Below are positions 10,420 to 20,835 of a stretch of DNA of 64,000 nt, in pieces (position 1 is the first letter of the stretch; every line of letters starts with the position of its first letter). Location of the stretch: the NCBI GenBank assembly GCA_035308285.1, contig DATGGY010000243.1, positions 13 to 64,012 of the forward strand, read 5' to 3'. The notes beneath the pieces are model-generated. The model saw only the letters and a program-made list of their open reading frames with translations, ran no database searches and had not been told where the DNA came from. Source of the stretch: Bradyrhizobium sp. (GTDB lineage Bacteria > Pseudomonadota > Alphaproteobacteria > Rhizobiales > Xanthobacteraceae). The translations under genes were made by a program, and so were the position numbers.

Positions 10420-10989
10420 GTTGCCCTCCTAATGTAGTGAGATGGCTTAGTCGCTGCGTGCACTCGGGAATCGAAATGCACTGCATCCCGAATACACCAA
10501 CACATTGAAAAAAACAGTGTCCCGCTTAAGGAAGTGTTGACGCGGTGATTTGAGAGCGCGCGTTGCGCGTTGATCCGCGGCACGCCGATCTATCGGCGCA
10601 ACCGCGCCAACAAAGTGCGAAAAACCGCAATACTTCACCGCCGATCTTGCAAAAAGCGCCTGTGGCGCAGCTCTTTCTTCAATTTTCGTATTCAATCATC
10701 GCCGTTGCAGCGATGGCATGGCGCATCGTGTAAGCGGCCAAATTGCGTGTAGCGCGGACTCTGAGTCGCGACTTTTGGCAATAAAAAAATTTTCACGCTC
10801 ACCGGCTTCTCGTCTCATCGATGCTCGCCAGACGCGGTTTTTTGCGCGAATCGATTGTGGCTGATTCGCGACCGCATCGTTCCGCAGACGCGTCGCATCG
10901 CCGGTTATGGTGAATGATTGATGTGCAATCGCGGACATTCTTGAATCAACGCAAAGCAACCGCTTCATCAGCGCGCCGGCTGAGACAAC

Positions 10990-12582
10990 TCAAACGCCGA
11001 GTTTGGACTTCAGGAGGTCGTTGACGGCCTGCGGATTGGCCTTGCCGCCGGATGACTTCATCACCTGGCCGACGAACCACTGGATGGCCGCCGGCTTGGC
11101 TTTCGCCTGGGCGACTTTGTCCGGGTTAGCGGCGATGATGTCGTCGACCATCTTTTCGATCGCGGAGAGGTCCGTGACCTGCTTCATGCCGCGGGTTTCG
11201 ACTAGCGCGCTGGGCGAACCATCCTCAATCCACATAATATCCAAGAGGTCTTTCGCAATCTTGGTCGAAATCGTGTGATCGTGAATTAAGGCCACGGTCT
11301 CCCCCAGCCGCAGTGGGGTAACCAGGGAACTACCTATTGTAATGCCGGCTGTGTTTGCCCGGCCTAGCACATCGTTAATCGTTAAACTGGCGGTAGTCGT
11401 CGCAGTGACAAAGATCGTGTCGGGAGGGGTCGAGGCAAATAGCCCCATATCGTAACCCTCACTTGGTAATGTCACGCTAATCTGGGGTTTGTTTACGTGG
11501 ATTTGGGTTCTGCTGGCCGCTTTTTGGTAGTTCAGCGCATACAGGAGGGCTTGCTCAAAATAGTCAGCTCTCTCCTTTTCAGCGACGAGTACCTCAGCTT
11601 GGTACTTAGTAAGTCCATATTTGTCTATGAACCGGGCTTTCTTCTGGTCCGGTAATTCTGGCAGCTGCGCCTTCAGTTCGTCCACAAAAGCTTGAGTAAG
11701 CTCGAGAGGGAGCAGATCTGGATCAGGGAAATAGCGGTAGTCGTGCGCCTCCTCTTTTGACCGCATCGATCGCGTAGTACCCTGAATTGGGTCGAATAAA
11801 CGCGTTTCTTGTTCGATCACCCCGCCATCTTCAAGAGTTTCTTTTTGTCTGTGAGCCTCTGCCTCAATGGCCTGTCCAATGAAGTTAATCGAGTTAAGAT
11901 TCTTGATCTCACAACGGATGCCTAACGGGGTTCCCGGCCTGTGCAATGAGACGTTGACGTCAGCGCGCAAGCTACCCTTTTCCATGTCTCCATCGCAGGT
12001 GCCAAGATAGCGTAATATCTGACGAATCTTGGCCACGAAATTCATTGCGTCATCAAACGAGTGGATATCTGGCTTGGTGACAATTTCCATCAACGCCACC
12101 CCACTTCGATTCAAATCCACGAAGGAGGCATCATCTCTCTGATCGTGCAGGAGCTTGCCTGCATCTTGCTCAAGATGGATACGCTCGATTCTAACCTTGA
12201 CCTGAGTGTTGTCTCGGGATTCGATAGTGACCTCGCCCTCGCCGACGATCGGCGACTTGTACTGGCTGATCTGGTAGCCTTGCGGCAAATCCGGATAGAA
12301 ATAGTTCTTGCGGTCGAACACCGAACGCAGATTGATCTTCGCGTTAAGGCCAAGCCCGGTCCGTACCGCCTGGCGCACGCATTCCTCGTTGATCACCGGC
12401 AACATGCCCGGCATTGCCGCATCGACCAGCGAGACATGGGAATTGGGCTCGCCGCCGAACTCCGTCGAAGCGCCCGAGAAAAGCTTGGCGTTGGAAGTGA
12501 CCTGGGCGTGGACCTCCATCCCGATCACGACTTCCCAGTCGCCGGTGGCGCCCTTGATCAGTTTCGAATTCGTCGCACTCAT
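10990..12582 (-). CDS. gatB: Asp/Glu-tRNA amidotransferase subunit B (mosaic, with insertion)
   Basis: [59 protein letters not shown]. Confidence 0.97.
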   Translation of the reverse strand: MSATNSKLIKGATGDWEVVIGMEVHAQVTSNAKLFSGASTEFGGEPNSHVSLVDAAMPGMLPVINEECVRQAVRTGLGLNAKINLRSVFDRKNYFYPDLPQGYQISQYKSPIVGEGEVTIESRDNTQVKVRIERIHLEQDAGKLLHDQRDDASFVDLNRSGVALMEIVTKPDIHSFDDAMNFVAKIRQILRYLGTCDGDMEKGSLRADVNVSLHRPGTPLGIRCEIKNLNSINFIGQAIEAEAHRQKETLEDGGVIEQETRLFDPIQGTTRSMRSKEEAHDYRYFPDPDLLPLELTQAFVDELKAQLPELPDQKKARFIDKYGLTKYQAEVLVAEKERADYFEQALLYALNYQKAASRTQIHVNKPQISVTLPSEGYDMGLFASTPPDTIFVTATTTASLTINDVLGRANTAGITIGSSLVTPLRLGETVALIHDHTISTKIAKDLLDIMWIEDGSPSALVETRGMKQVTDLSAIEKMVDDIIAANPDKVAQAKAKPAAIQWFVGQVMKSSGGKANPQAVNDLLKSKLGV

Positions 12583-12878
12583 GCTCTTCCACTCCCGAGC
12601 AGCGCGGAAACAATCCCTTCCCATTCGACATCGAGAGAACTCTTCGCAACCGGCTTGCTGGCCTCACGGTACCAATAGGCGGCGTTGCCAAGGTCGCCCT
12701 CGACGCGGTGCAGATAGGCGTGCACCCAGGCCGCTTCACGCGTTTCTTCGTCCTGCACGATCTTGTGTGCCTGATCCCATTCGCTTCTCGCCGCCCACCA
12801 CAGTGCGGCCAACGGCGCGTCCAGTTCCGGCGCCGGCGCTGCGCCCGCAAGGCTTGCTCTGAACTGCGCCATGTTCAC
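12579..12878 (-). CDS. Conserved small hypothetical protein in gat operon
   Basis: WDQAHKIVQ...[21 protein letters not shown] motif; 4-nt overlaps with gatA (GTGA) and gatB (ATGA). Confidence 0.85.
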   Translation of the reverse strand: MNMAQFRASLAGAAPAPELDAPLAALWWAARSEWDQAHKIVQDEETREAAWVHAYLHRVEGDLGNAAYWYREASKPVAKSSLDVEWEGIVSALLGSGRA

Positions 12879-14347
12879 CACCACCTCGCCGGCGTGAACC
12901 GTCCCGCCGCCTGCTCGATCACCTCGCCGAGCGAGAACAGCGTCTCCTCGTCGAAGGGACGGCCGATCAGTTGCAGGCCGAGGGGCAGATCTTGCGAATC
13001 TTTGCCCGCGGGAACGGCGATCCCGGGCAATCCCGCCATGTTCACCGTGACCGTGAAAATATCGTTGAGATACATCTCCACGGGATCGGCGCCCTTCTCG
13101 CCGACACCGAACGCCGCCGACGGCGTTGCCGGCGTCAGGATCGCGTTCACGCCTTTCGCAAAGCAATCCTCAAAATCCCTCTTGATCAGGGTGCGGACTT
13201 TTTGCGCGCGAAGATAATAGGCATCGTAATAGCCCGCAGAGAGCACGTAAGTGCCGATCAGGACGCGGCGGCGGACCTCCGCGCCAAAGCCCTCAGCGCG
13301 GGTGTTTTCGTACATTTCGCCGATGGAGTGGCCGCTCACGCGCAGGCCGTAGCGGACGCCGTCATAGCGCGCCAGATTCGAGGAGGCCTCCGCGGGCGCG
13401 ACGATGTAATAGGCCGGAAGCGCGTATTTGGTGTGCGGCAGCGACACCTCGACGAGTTCGGCGCCGGCGGCCTTGAGCCAGGAAGCGCCCTCGCTCCAGA
13501 GCTTTTCGATCTCGGCGGGCATGCCGTCGAGGCGATATTCTTTGGGAATGCCGATCTTCATTCCCTTGACCGATTTTCCGATCGCGGTCTCGTAATCCGG
13601 CACCGGGCGATCGACCGAGGTGGTGTCCTTGGGATCATGCCCCGCCATCGAGCGCATCAGGATCGCGGCATCACGCACGGTGCGGCCGATCGGTCCAGCC
13701 TGATCGAGCGAAGACGCAAAAGCGACGATGCCCCAGCGCGAGCAGCGCCCGTAAGTTGGCTTCACGCCGACCGTGGCCGTGAACGCCGCCGGCTGGCGGA
13801 TCGACCCGCCGGTGTCGGTTGCGGTTGCGCCCATGCACAGCAATGCCGCCACCGCCGAGGCCGAGCCGCCCGAGGAGCCACCCGGCACCAGCGTGGTATT
13901 AGCGCCCGCGCGCCGCCAGGGATTGGCGACCGGACCGAAGCACGAGGTCTCGTTCGAGGAGCCCATCGCGAATTCGTCGTTGTTGAGCTTGCCAAGCATC
14001 ACGGCGCCGTCGCGCCAGAGCTGCGAAGTCACCGTGGACTCGTAGGTCGGCACGAAATTGCCGAGAATTTTCGAGCACGCGGTGGTGCGCACGTCCTTGG
14101 TCGCGAACAGGTCCTTGATGCCGAGCGGGATGCCGGCGAGCGGGCCGCCCTCGCCTTTTGCGATTTTGGCGTCCACCTCGCGCGCCATGGCCCGCGCCCG
14201 ATCGGGCGTCTCCAGCACAAAGGCGTTGAGCGCGCGCGCGGCCTCGATCGCCGAAAGATGCGCATTCGTCAGCTCGAGCGACGTGAAGGATTTCTTCGCC
14301 AGGCCATCCCTGGCCTCGGCAAGCGTCAGCGACGTCAAATCGGTCAT
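12875..14347 (-). CDS. gatA: Asp/Glu-tRNA amidotransferase subunit A
   Basis: Amidase signature [32 protein letters not shown]. Confidence 0.98.
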   Translation of the reverse strand: MTDLTSLTLAEARDGLAKKSFTSLELTNAHLSAIEAARALNAFVLETPDRARAMAREVDAKIAKGEGGPLAGIPLGIKDLFATKDVRTTACSKILGNFVPTYESTVTSQLWRDGAVMLGKLNNDEFAMGSSNETSCFGPVANPWRRAGANTTLVPGGSSGGSASAVAALLCMGATATDTGGSIRQPAAFTATVGVKPTYGRCSRWGIVAFASSLDQAGPIGRTVRDAAILMRSMAGHDPKDTTSVDRPVPDYETAIGKSVKGMKIGIPKEYRLDGMPAEIEKLWSEGASWLKAAGAELVEVSLPHTKYALPAYYIVAPAEASSNLARYDGVRYGLRVSGHSIGEMYENTRAEGFGAEVRRRVLIGTYVLSAGYYDAYYLRAQKVRTLIKRDFEDCFAKGVNAILTPATPSAAFGVGEKGADPVEMYLNDIFTVTVNMAGLPGIAVPAGKDSQDLPLGLQLIGRPFDEETLFSLGEVIEQAAGRFTPARWW

Positions 14348-14577
14348 TTACTAACCGGGCTGCTATTAACCGGGCTGCAGAAGAAGGGCGAGAGTGTCTT
14401 GTCGTTGGCGGGATCGTCGCGCAACGCCTTGCCGCTGGCCCTGCCCGCGGCCTCCAACGCATCGAGCACGGCGTCGACCGCCTTATCGGGATCGGCGGCC
14501 TTGCCCTCGCGCTCCATAGCGTCGAGATAATTCATGTAGGCCTGATAGGCCCTTTCATCGTCGCAGAGCAAACACAT
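14344..14577 (-). CDS. Small hypothetical protein between gatC and gatA
   Basis: 77 aa, N-terminal CLLC, stop overlaps gatA start (ATGA). Confidence 0.7.
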   Translation of the reverse strand: MCLLCDDERAYQAYMNYLDAMEREGKAADPDKAVDAVLDALEAAGRASGKALRDDPANDKTLSPFFCSPVNSSPVSK

Positions 14578-14627
14578 CAGAAATTCCCGTTTCGCGCTCG
14601 ACTACACTTCGCTCGAAAACGCTAGGC

Positions 14628-14915
14628 TTATTCGACAACCTTCGGCACCAGAAAGAAATGACCCTGGGTCTCCGGCGCATTCTTGACGATATCGTCGGCG
14701 ATCTCGCCATCGTTGACCACGTCGGCCCGTTTCTTCATCTCCATCGGTATCACCGACGTCATCGGCTCCACGCCCTCGACATTGACCTCCGACAATTGCT
14801 CCACGAAGGCGAGTATCGCGTTCAGCTCGCCCTCAAGGTGCGGAACCTCTTGCTCCCTGACTGCAATCCGCGCCAGATGCGCGATGCGGCGAACAGTGGC
14901 GGCGTCGACCGACAT
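14628..14915 (-). CDS. gatC: Asp/Glu-tRNA amidotransferase subunit C
   Basis: [17 protein letters not shown]...FFLVPKVVE. Confidence 0.96.
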   Translation of the reverse strand: MSVDAATVRRIAHLARIAVREQEVPHLEGELNAILAFVEQLSEVNVEGVEPMTSVIPMEMKKRADVVNDGEIADDIVKNAPETQGHFFLVPKVVE

Positions 14916-14995
14916 TATATGGGGCCTTTCGGGGCAAATCTCAGCCCGCCGTATAGCAGAGGGTGGTTTTGCGCCGCAACCGTCGGGGCGCCTGC

Positions 14996-16072
14996 TTAGC
15001 TCGCCAATCGGCTCAAACACGCCAGCGCCGCGCCCGCCAGCGCCCGGGTTAGCTCGGCGGCCGGCATCTCGCGGCCCAACCGCACGGCCTGACCTGCCCA
15101 AAGATTGGTGAAATCGGTCTTGCCGAGCTTTTCCGCCGCCGCTTTCAGAGGCGCCAAGGCGGTTGCCGCGTGAGGAAATTGCGGCGCATCCGGCGATATC
15201 GGGCCGACCTCGCGCATTACGCGATTGGCGATGCCGCGCGCCGGGCGTCCGGTCATGACGTTCGTGATGACGGTGGAATCGTCATGCGCCTGCGCCAGCG
15301 CGGTCCGCGCCGGCGCGCTGACCTTGGATTCAGGACAGCGCAGATAGGCGGTGCCGATCTGAACCCCGGCCGCCCCCAGCGCGAAAGCCGCCGCAATGCC
15401 CCGCCCGTCGGCGATGCCGCCCGCCGCGATCACGGGGACCCGCACCGCGTCGACCACCTGGGGCACCAGCGCAAAGGTACCGGGCTGTTCGGAAATATTC
15501 TCGGTCAGGAACATGCCGCGATGGCCGCCGGCCTCCGCGCCTTGCGCGATGATGGCGTCGGCGCCGTGCTCCTCGAGCCAGATCGCCTCTTTCACGGTGG
15601 TCGCGGACGAGATCACGGTTGAGCCTGCCGCCTTGACGCGCTTGAGCAGCGCAGTGTCGGGAAAGCCGAAATGGAAACTGACGATTTCAGGCTTGAGCTC
15701 TTCGACAAGCCCGCACATTGCAGCGTCAAACGGCGCGCGATTGGCGGCATTGATCGGCGCCGCCGGGTCAAGCCCCAACTCTTTGTAATAGGCGGCAAGG
15801 CGCTGCTTCCAAATCGCCTCGCGCGCGGCATCGGCGGCGACGGCCTTGTGGCAGAAGAAATTCATACTGAGCGGTGTCGAGACGCGCTGGCGGATGATGT
15901 TGACCTGCTCGCGGGCCTTCTCCACCGAAAGCAAAGCACACGGCAGCGAACCCAAGGCGCCGCCCTGCGCCGCGGCGATCACGAGTTCCGCATCCATCGC
16001 GCCTGCCATCGGCGCCAGCACAATCGGGAATTCCGTCTTGAAAAGATCGATCAATCGGCGGTCGGGCCACAT
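14996..16072 (-). CDS. Nitronate monooxygenase family flavoprotein
   Basis: [37 protein letters not shown]. Confidence 0.9.
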   Translation of the reverse strand: MWPDRRLIDLFKTEFPIVLAPMAGAMDAELVIAAAQGGALGSLPCALLSVEKAREQVNIIRQRVSTPLSMNFFCHKAVAADAAREAIWKQRLAAYYKELGLDPAAPINAANRAPFDAAMCGLVEELKPEIVSFHFGFPDTALLKRVKAAGSTVISSATTVKEAIWLEEHGADAIIAQGAEAGGHRGMFLTENISEQPGTFALVPQVVDAVRVPVIAAGGIADGRGIAAAFALGAAGVQIGTAYLRCPESKVSAPARTALAQAHDDSTVITNVMTGRPARGIANRVMREVGPISPDAPQFPHAATALAPLKAAAEKLGKTDFTNLWAGQAVRLGREMPAAELTRALAGAALACLSRLAS

Positions 16073-16158
16073 GGTCTGCTCATTTTTCGAAAAAGGGAAT
16101 TTGGCTGGCATCGTTGCCTTGGGCTCTTTGTGAGATTAGCACCCACGGCGTGGCCGAG

Positions 16159-16383
16159 CTATGCGTCGAGCGGCCGCCTGAGGCCAAAGCGCCGCAGCGC
16201 GACCATGGCCCAGATCGCTTCCACCAGCCCGAACGGCCAGGCTCCCTGCAGAAATCCGTAAACGGAACCGAGCCCACAGGCAGCCGCAAAAGCAAGGATG
16301 AACCAGCGGCTGCGATCCTCCAGCGCGTAACTCGCCAACATCGCTGTGACCGCAAACAACCCGAAAAGTGTCAGCCCATCCAT
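16159..16383 (-). CDS. Small membrane protein
   Basis: 74 aa, three hydrophobic segments, YGFLQGAWPFGLVEAIW motif. Confidence 0.8.
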   Translation of the reverse strand: MDGLTLFGLFAVTAMLASYALEDRSRWFILAFAAACGLGSVYGFLQGAWPFGLVEAIWAMVALRRFGLRRPLDA

Positions 16384-16439
16384 CGCATTCTTCCCTTCCC
16401 GCTTTGCACCGATTGCGGCCCGCGTGTTATGCGAGCGCC

Positions 16440-16922
16440 ATGCCTGCCCTTATTCTACCGCTGATCGATGCGGCCGCGCACTGGCCTGAACGCGGCGCGC
16501 TGATTGGCCTTGATTTGGGCACCAAGACCATCGGCGTCGCGGTAAGCGATCCCGACCGGCGGCTAGCGACAGGGGTCGAGACCATCCGGCGCAAGGCCTT
16601 CAAGGCCGATGCCGCGCGTCTTCTCGCGATCGCCGGCGAGCGAGCGGCGGTAGGCTTCGTCCTCGGCCTGCCCATCAACATGGACGGCAGCGAGGGACCG
16701 CGCGCGCAATCGAGTAGGGCCTTCGCGCGCAATTTTTCCAAACTCACCGCCCTTGGCATTGCGCTCTGGGACGAGCGGCTTTCGACCGCTGCCGTCGAGC
16801 GCGAGTTGATCGGAATGGACATGAGCCGCGCGCGGCGCGCCGAGGTGATCGACGAGCACGCCGCGATTTTCATTCTTCAGGGCGCGCTCGACCGGCTGAC
16901 GACGGCGCGCGCAAAGCGCTGA
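16440..16922 (+). CDS. ruvX: YqgF/RuvX family nuclease
   Basis: GLDLGTKTIGVAVSD, GLPINMDGSEG, WDERLST; upstream of pyrB. Confidence 0.93.
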   Translation: MPALILPLIDAAAHWPERGALIGLDLGTKTIGVAVSDPDRRLATGVETIRRKAFKADAARLLAIAGERAAVGFVLGLPINMDGSEGPRAQSSRAFARNFSKLTALGIALWDERLSTAAVERELIGMDMSRARRAEVIDEHAAIFILQGALDRLTTARAKR

Positions 16923-16934
16923 CGATGCCAAGTT

Positions 16935-17088
16935 CGTCATTGCGAGCAACGCGAAGCAATCCATCCCGCCACGGAAAGAAAGAATGGATTGCTTCCGCCT
17001 ACGCGCTCAGGCGCTTCGGCGGACTCCTACCCTGCGAAGCTCGTGCAGCGAGCGAAGCTGGGTCGTCGCTTCGCTCCTCGCAATGACG
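16935..17088. repeat. REP element with a second palindromic unit nested inside
   Basis: CGTCATTGCGAG...GAAGCAATCCA...TGGATTGCTTC[~67 nt insert]GTCGCTTCGCTCCTCGCAATGACG. Confidence 0.85.
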
Positions 17089-17106
17089 TGATGAATTTTC
17101 TAAAGG

Positions 17107-17898
17107 CTAACCGGTAAGCAAGATAGTTTGGATCACCGCGGCCAGATTATTGAAGCCGTGCAGAATGATCGTCAGCCAGGTTGAGTTGCTGCGATAACGC
17201 AGATAGCCGAGCAACAGGCCGATCGAAAACACCTCGCCGAGAAAGTACCAGTCGTATTGCAGATGCAGCCCCGTCCATACCATCGACGACAGCACGATGG
17301 CCCCAGTGGGACCGAGGAAGGATTCCGACCAGCCTCGATAAAGAAATCCGCGCGCGAAAAGCTCCTCCGCGATCGGCGCGACCACGCAAAAGGCGATCAC
17401 CAAAATCCAGAGCGCCCCCTCGGCGCGCGCCGATTTCAGCACGTCGCTCATGAATTCCGGATCGACCTCGCGTCCCGTTGCGCGCGAGAGCGCATCCCAG
17501 GCCAGCACCAGGACGAACAAGGCGACGACGCCGATCAAGAAATTTCTCCACGAAGTCAGGCGCAGGCCGAGGTAATCGGAAAACCGCATGCGTGTCATGC
17601 GAATCGCGATCCAGAGCGCCGCGAGCACCACGGGCAGTTGCGTAATCACCGAGAGAGAGATCGTCAGGCCATGGCTGGCGACGATACGAACGGCTGCGGC
17701 CAAGGCGTCCCGATCGATAGGCCCGTCCTGTTGCAGAACAAACCAGGCCACGACCGCGATCTGTCCCACGAACATCGCCGCGAAGATGAAGAACCCCCAT
17801 AGCGCGGTACCCCAGAATTTCCAGACGCGGGGCGGACGCTGGACGGGGACGGCGGGCGCGAGAGCAAGGGAACTTGCGGGATCGAGGCTATCCATCAA
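17107..17898 (-). CDS. CPBP (CAAX/Abi) intramembrane metalloprotease
   Basis: APIAEELFARG, WTGLH, LHGFNN motifs; multiple TM segments. Confidence 0.9.
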   Translation of the reverse strand: MMDSLDPASSLALAPAVPVQRPPRVWKFWGTALWGFFIFAAMFVGQIAVVAWFVLQQDGPIDRDALAAAVRIVASHGLTISLSVITQLPVVLAALWIAIRMTRMRFSDYLGLRLTSWRNFLIGVVALFVLVLAWDALSRATGREVDPEFMSDVLKSARAEGALWILVIAFCVVAPIAEELFARGFLYRGWSESFLGPTGAIVLSSMVWTGLHLQYDWYFLGEVFSIGLLLGYLRYRSNSTWLTIILHGFNNLAAVIQTILLTG

Positions 17899-17905
17899 CT
17901 AACCT

Positions 17906-19552
17906 TTATGAGGGCAACGCGCGGTCGAGCAACCTAGCCACATCGTCGCGCGGCAGATCGATGGCGCCGTACATGCTGGCGTGATTCTCGGCAAGCCTTG
18001 TGCTCGCAAACAATTCGGCGTGACGGGGCGATATCTGATTAAGCGCGGCCGCCGCCGCCAATAACGCGAGCTTCTCCACCGCCAGCCGCGCCACGCGCTC
18101 GGAGTCCGGCCGGAGGAACGCCGTCCCGAGGAAGGCTGCGGTATCGCCGGCGCCGGGAAGGCCCGCCGTTTCGTCGGCAAGATCCTGCAGAATGGACGCT
18201 GCCGCCTCGACCTCGCGCGACAAGGCACGCAGCACGTCCAGGCACATCACATTGCCCGACCCTTCCCAGATCGCATTCACTGGAGATTCCCGATAGTGCC
18301 GCGCCAGAATACCCTCTTCGACATAGCCGTTGCCGCCGAGGCACTCCATTGCTTCGTACAAAAATCCCGGCGCACTCTTGCAGACCCAGTATTTGATCGC
18401 TGGCGTCAGGAGCCGCATATAGGCGGCCTCCGGCTGGTCTTGGGTAGCGCGGTCGAACGAGCGGCAGAGCCGCATGACCAGCGCAATCGAGGCCTCGACA
18501 TGCAGCGCCATGTCGGAAAGCACGGCCTGCATCAGCGGCTGATCGGAGAGGTGCTTCTGGAACACGCTGCGGTGCCTGGCGTGATGCAGCGCATGCGCAA
18601 GGCCCGACCGCATCAGGCCGGCGGATGCAATCGCGCAATCCTGCCGCGTCAATTGCACCATCTGAATGATGGTACGGATGCCCTTGCCCTCCTCGCCGAC
18701 GCGCATCGCGTGAGCGTCTACGAATTCGACTTCGGACGATGCGTTGGAGCGGTTGCCGAGCTTATCCTTCAACCGCTGGAAGTAAATCGCGTTGACCGAT
18801 CCGTCCGGCTTAAAGCGCGGCATGAAGAAACAGGTCAGCCCCTGGTCGGCCTGCGCCAACACCAGGAACGCGTCGCACATCGGCGCCGACATGAACCACT
18901 TGTGGCCGGTGATGCGATAGGCGTCGCCGTCGCGCATCGCGCGCGTCATGTTGCTGCGCACGTCGGTACCGCCCTGTTTCTCGGTCATGCCCATGCCGAG
19001 CGTCATGCCGCGCTTGGTCGGCCACGGCGCGAAGGAGGGATCGTAGGCGCGGGTCGCGATCACCGGCATCGTCTTCGCCAGCACGCTGGGCTCGGCGGAG
19101 AGCGCCGCTACCGAGGCGCGCGTCATGGTGATCGGGCAGAGATGTCCGGTCTCGACTCCTGCCGCCATATAAAATTTCGCAGCGCGCACCACCTCGGCCG
19201 CGCCTCCGGCCGGCCTGCCATCGGCGGTCCAGGTCGAATTGTGAATGCCGGCATGGACGCTGCGCGCCATCAATTCATGATAGGCCGGATGAAACTCGAC
19301 CTCGTCGCGGCGATTGCCCTTGGAATCGAACGTCCGCAGTTTTGGCGTGTTCTCGTTGGCAAGCCGCGCGCGCTCCGCCATGGCGGCCGAGCCCCAATGC
19401 TGCCCGAATTCGGACAGTTCCGCATGCGCGGACGCGCCGCCGTTGGCAGCGACCGTCTCGGCAAGTGGCCGGTCCATCGCAAACAGATCGACGTCGACAA
19501 ATGGTGGCGACTGGTTGAGCACCTCGTGGGTCGCAAATGAAGCTAGCGTCAT
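17906..19552 (-). CDS. AidB-like acyl-CoA dehydrogenase
   Basis: THEVLNQSPP, GMGMTEKQGGTDV, LKDKLGNRSNASSEVEF, NAIWEGSGNV. Confidence 0.9.
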   Translation of the reverse strand: MTLASFATHEVLNQSPPFVDVDLFAMDRPLAETVAANGGASAHAELSEFGQHWGSAAMAERARLANENTPKLRTFDSKGNRRDEVEFHPAYHELMARSVHAGIHNSTWTADGRPAGGAAEVVRAAKFYMAAGVETGHLCPITMTRASVAALSAEPSVLAKTMPVIATRAYDPSFAPWPTKRGMTLGMGMTEKQGGTDVRSNMTRAMRDGDAYRITGHKWFMSAPMCDAFLVLAQADQGLTCFFMPRFKPDGSVNAIYFQRLKDKLGNRSNASSEVEFVDAHAMRVGEEGKGIRTIIQMVQLTRQDCAIASAGLMRSGLAHALHHARHRSVFQKHLSDQPLMQAVLSDMALHVEASIALVMRLCRSFDRATQDQPEAAYMRLLTPAIKYWVCKSAPGFLYEAMECLGGNGYVEEGILARHYRESPVNAIWEGSGNVMCLDVLRALSREVEAAASILQDLADETAGLPGAGDTAAFLGTAFLRPDSERVARLAVEKLALLAAAAALNQISPRHAELFASTRLAENHASMYGAIDLPRDDVARLLDRALPS

Positions 19553-19877
19553 GGCCGCCCTCACGGTCTTTAAATTACGGGTGGGTTTACGCCGGACTGC
19601 GTCCGCCGACAGACTCTACCGCCGCGCGGGGCGATCGGGAAATCATACGCGGGACCGCCCGCGCCCGGCAGCGAAAAATGCCGCCACTTCCTCGCATAAT
19701 TGACAAAACCTTGCGTCGCCATCGCGGCGACCAGCAGTTCCGCCATCAGCGCTGGCTTTCGGCGGAACACACCATGGCACGTCCGTTTACCCTGCTTCCG
19801 ACATCTTAGGGGATAACTCGCAGGGCCCTTCTTCGCCCTTGCCCCCCGTTCTAACTCTGCCTATAGCTCTGGTTTTA

Positions 19878-20831
19878 ATGACCTCCGCATCGAAATTGAC
19901 CTTCGTCCTCGGTCACCGGCATCTGCTGGGAATCGAGGGGCTTTCGGCTGCCGATATTACCGGCCTGCTCGACCTCTCCGAGGAATATGTCGAGCTCAAC
20001 CGCCAAGTCGACAAGAAGCGCACCTCCTTGCGCGGCCGCACCCAGGTCAATCTGTTCTTCGAGGCCTCGACCCGCACCCAGTCCTCGTTCGAGCTTGCGG
20101 GCAAACGGCTCGGCGCCGACGTCATGAACATGTCGGTGTCGTCCTCCTCGATTCGCAAGGGCGAAACGCTGATGGATACGGCGGTCACGCTCAACGCCAT
20201 GCATCCGGACATTCTCGTGGTCCGCCACCACGCGTCGGGCGCGGTGGAGCTTTTGGCGCGCAAGGTCGACGGCTCCGTCATCAACGCCGGCGACGGTGCC
20301 CACGAGCACCCGACGCAGGCCTTGCTCGATGCCCTCACCATCCGCCGCAACAAGGGCCGGCTCGAGGGGCTCGTGATCGCGATCTGCGGCGACGTCATGC
20401 ATTCGCGGGTGGCGCGTTCCAATATCCTGTTGCTGAACACCATGGGCGCGCGCGTCCGCGTGGTCGCACCCTCCACCCTGTTGCCGCGCGGCATCGAGCG
20501 GATGGGCGTCGAAGTTGCCCGCGACATGCGCGAGGGGTTGGAGGGCGCCGATATCGTAATGATGCTGCGGCTGCAGCGTGAGCGCATGAACGGTTCCTTC
20601 GTTCCGTCGAGCCAGGAGTATTTTCATTATTTCGGCCTCGATCAGAAGAAGCTCGCTTATGCCAAACCGGACGCGCTGGTGATGCATCCGGGACCGATGA
20701 ATCGCGGGGTTGAAATCGACTCCATCGTTGCCGACGGCGCGCAATCGCTGATCCGCGAACAGGTGGAAATGGGAGTGGCGGTGCGGATGGCGGTGCTCGA
20801 AGCACTCGCCCGCAACCTGCCCAACGCGTGA
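19878..20831 (+). CDS. pyrB: Aspartate carbamoyltransferase catalytic subunit
   Basis: [27 protein letters not shown]. Confidence 0.97.
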   Translation: MTSASKLTFVLGHRHLLGIEGLSAADITGLLDLSEEYVELNRQVDKKRTSLRGRTQVNLFFEASTRTQSSFELAGKRLGADVMNMSVSSSSIRKGETLMDTAVTLNAMHPDILVVRHHASGAVELLARKVDGSVINAGDGAHEHPTQALLDALTIRRNKGRLEGLVIAICGDVMHSRVARSNILLLNTMGARVRVVAPSTLLPRGIERMGVEVARDMREGLEGADIVMMLRLQRERMNGSFVPSSQEYFHYFGLDQKKLAYAKPDALVMHPGPMNRGVEIDSIVADGAQSLIREQVEMGVAVRMAVLEALARNLPNA

Positions 20832-20835
20832 CAAT

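Noticed and set aside
11400-11520. Intein or intron in gatB
   Set aside because: Too short, no Cys/Ser start with His-Asn end, and the frame is uninterrupted.
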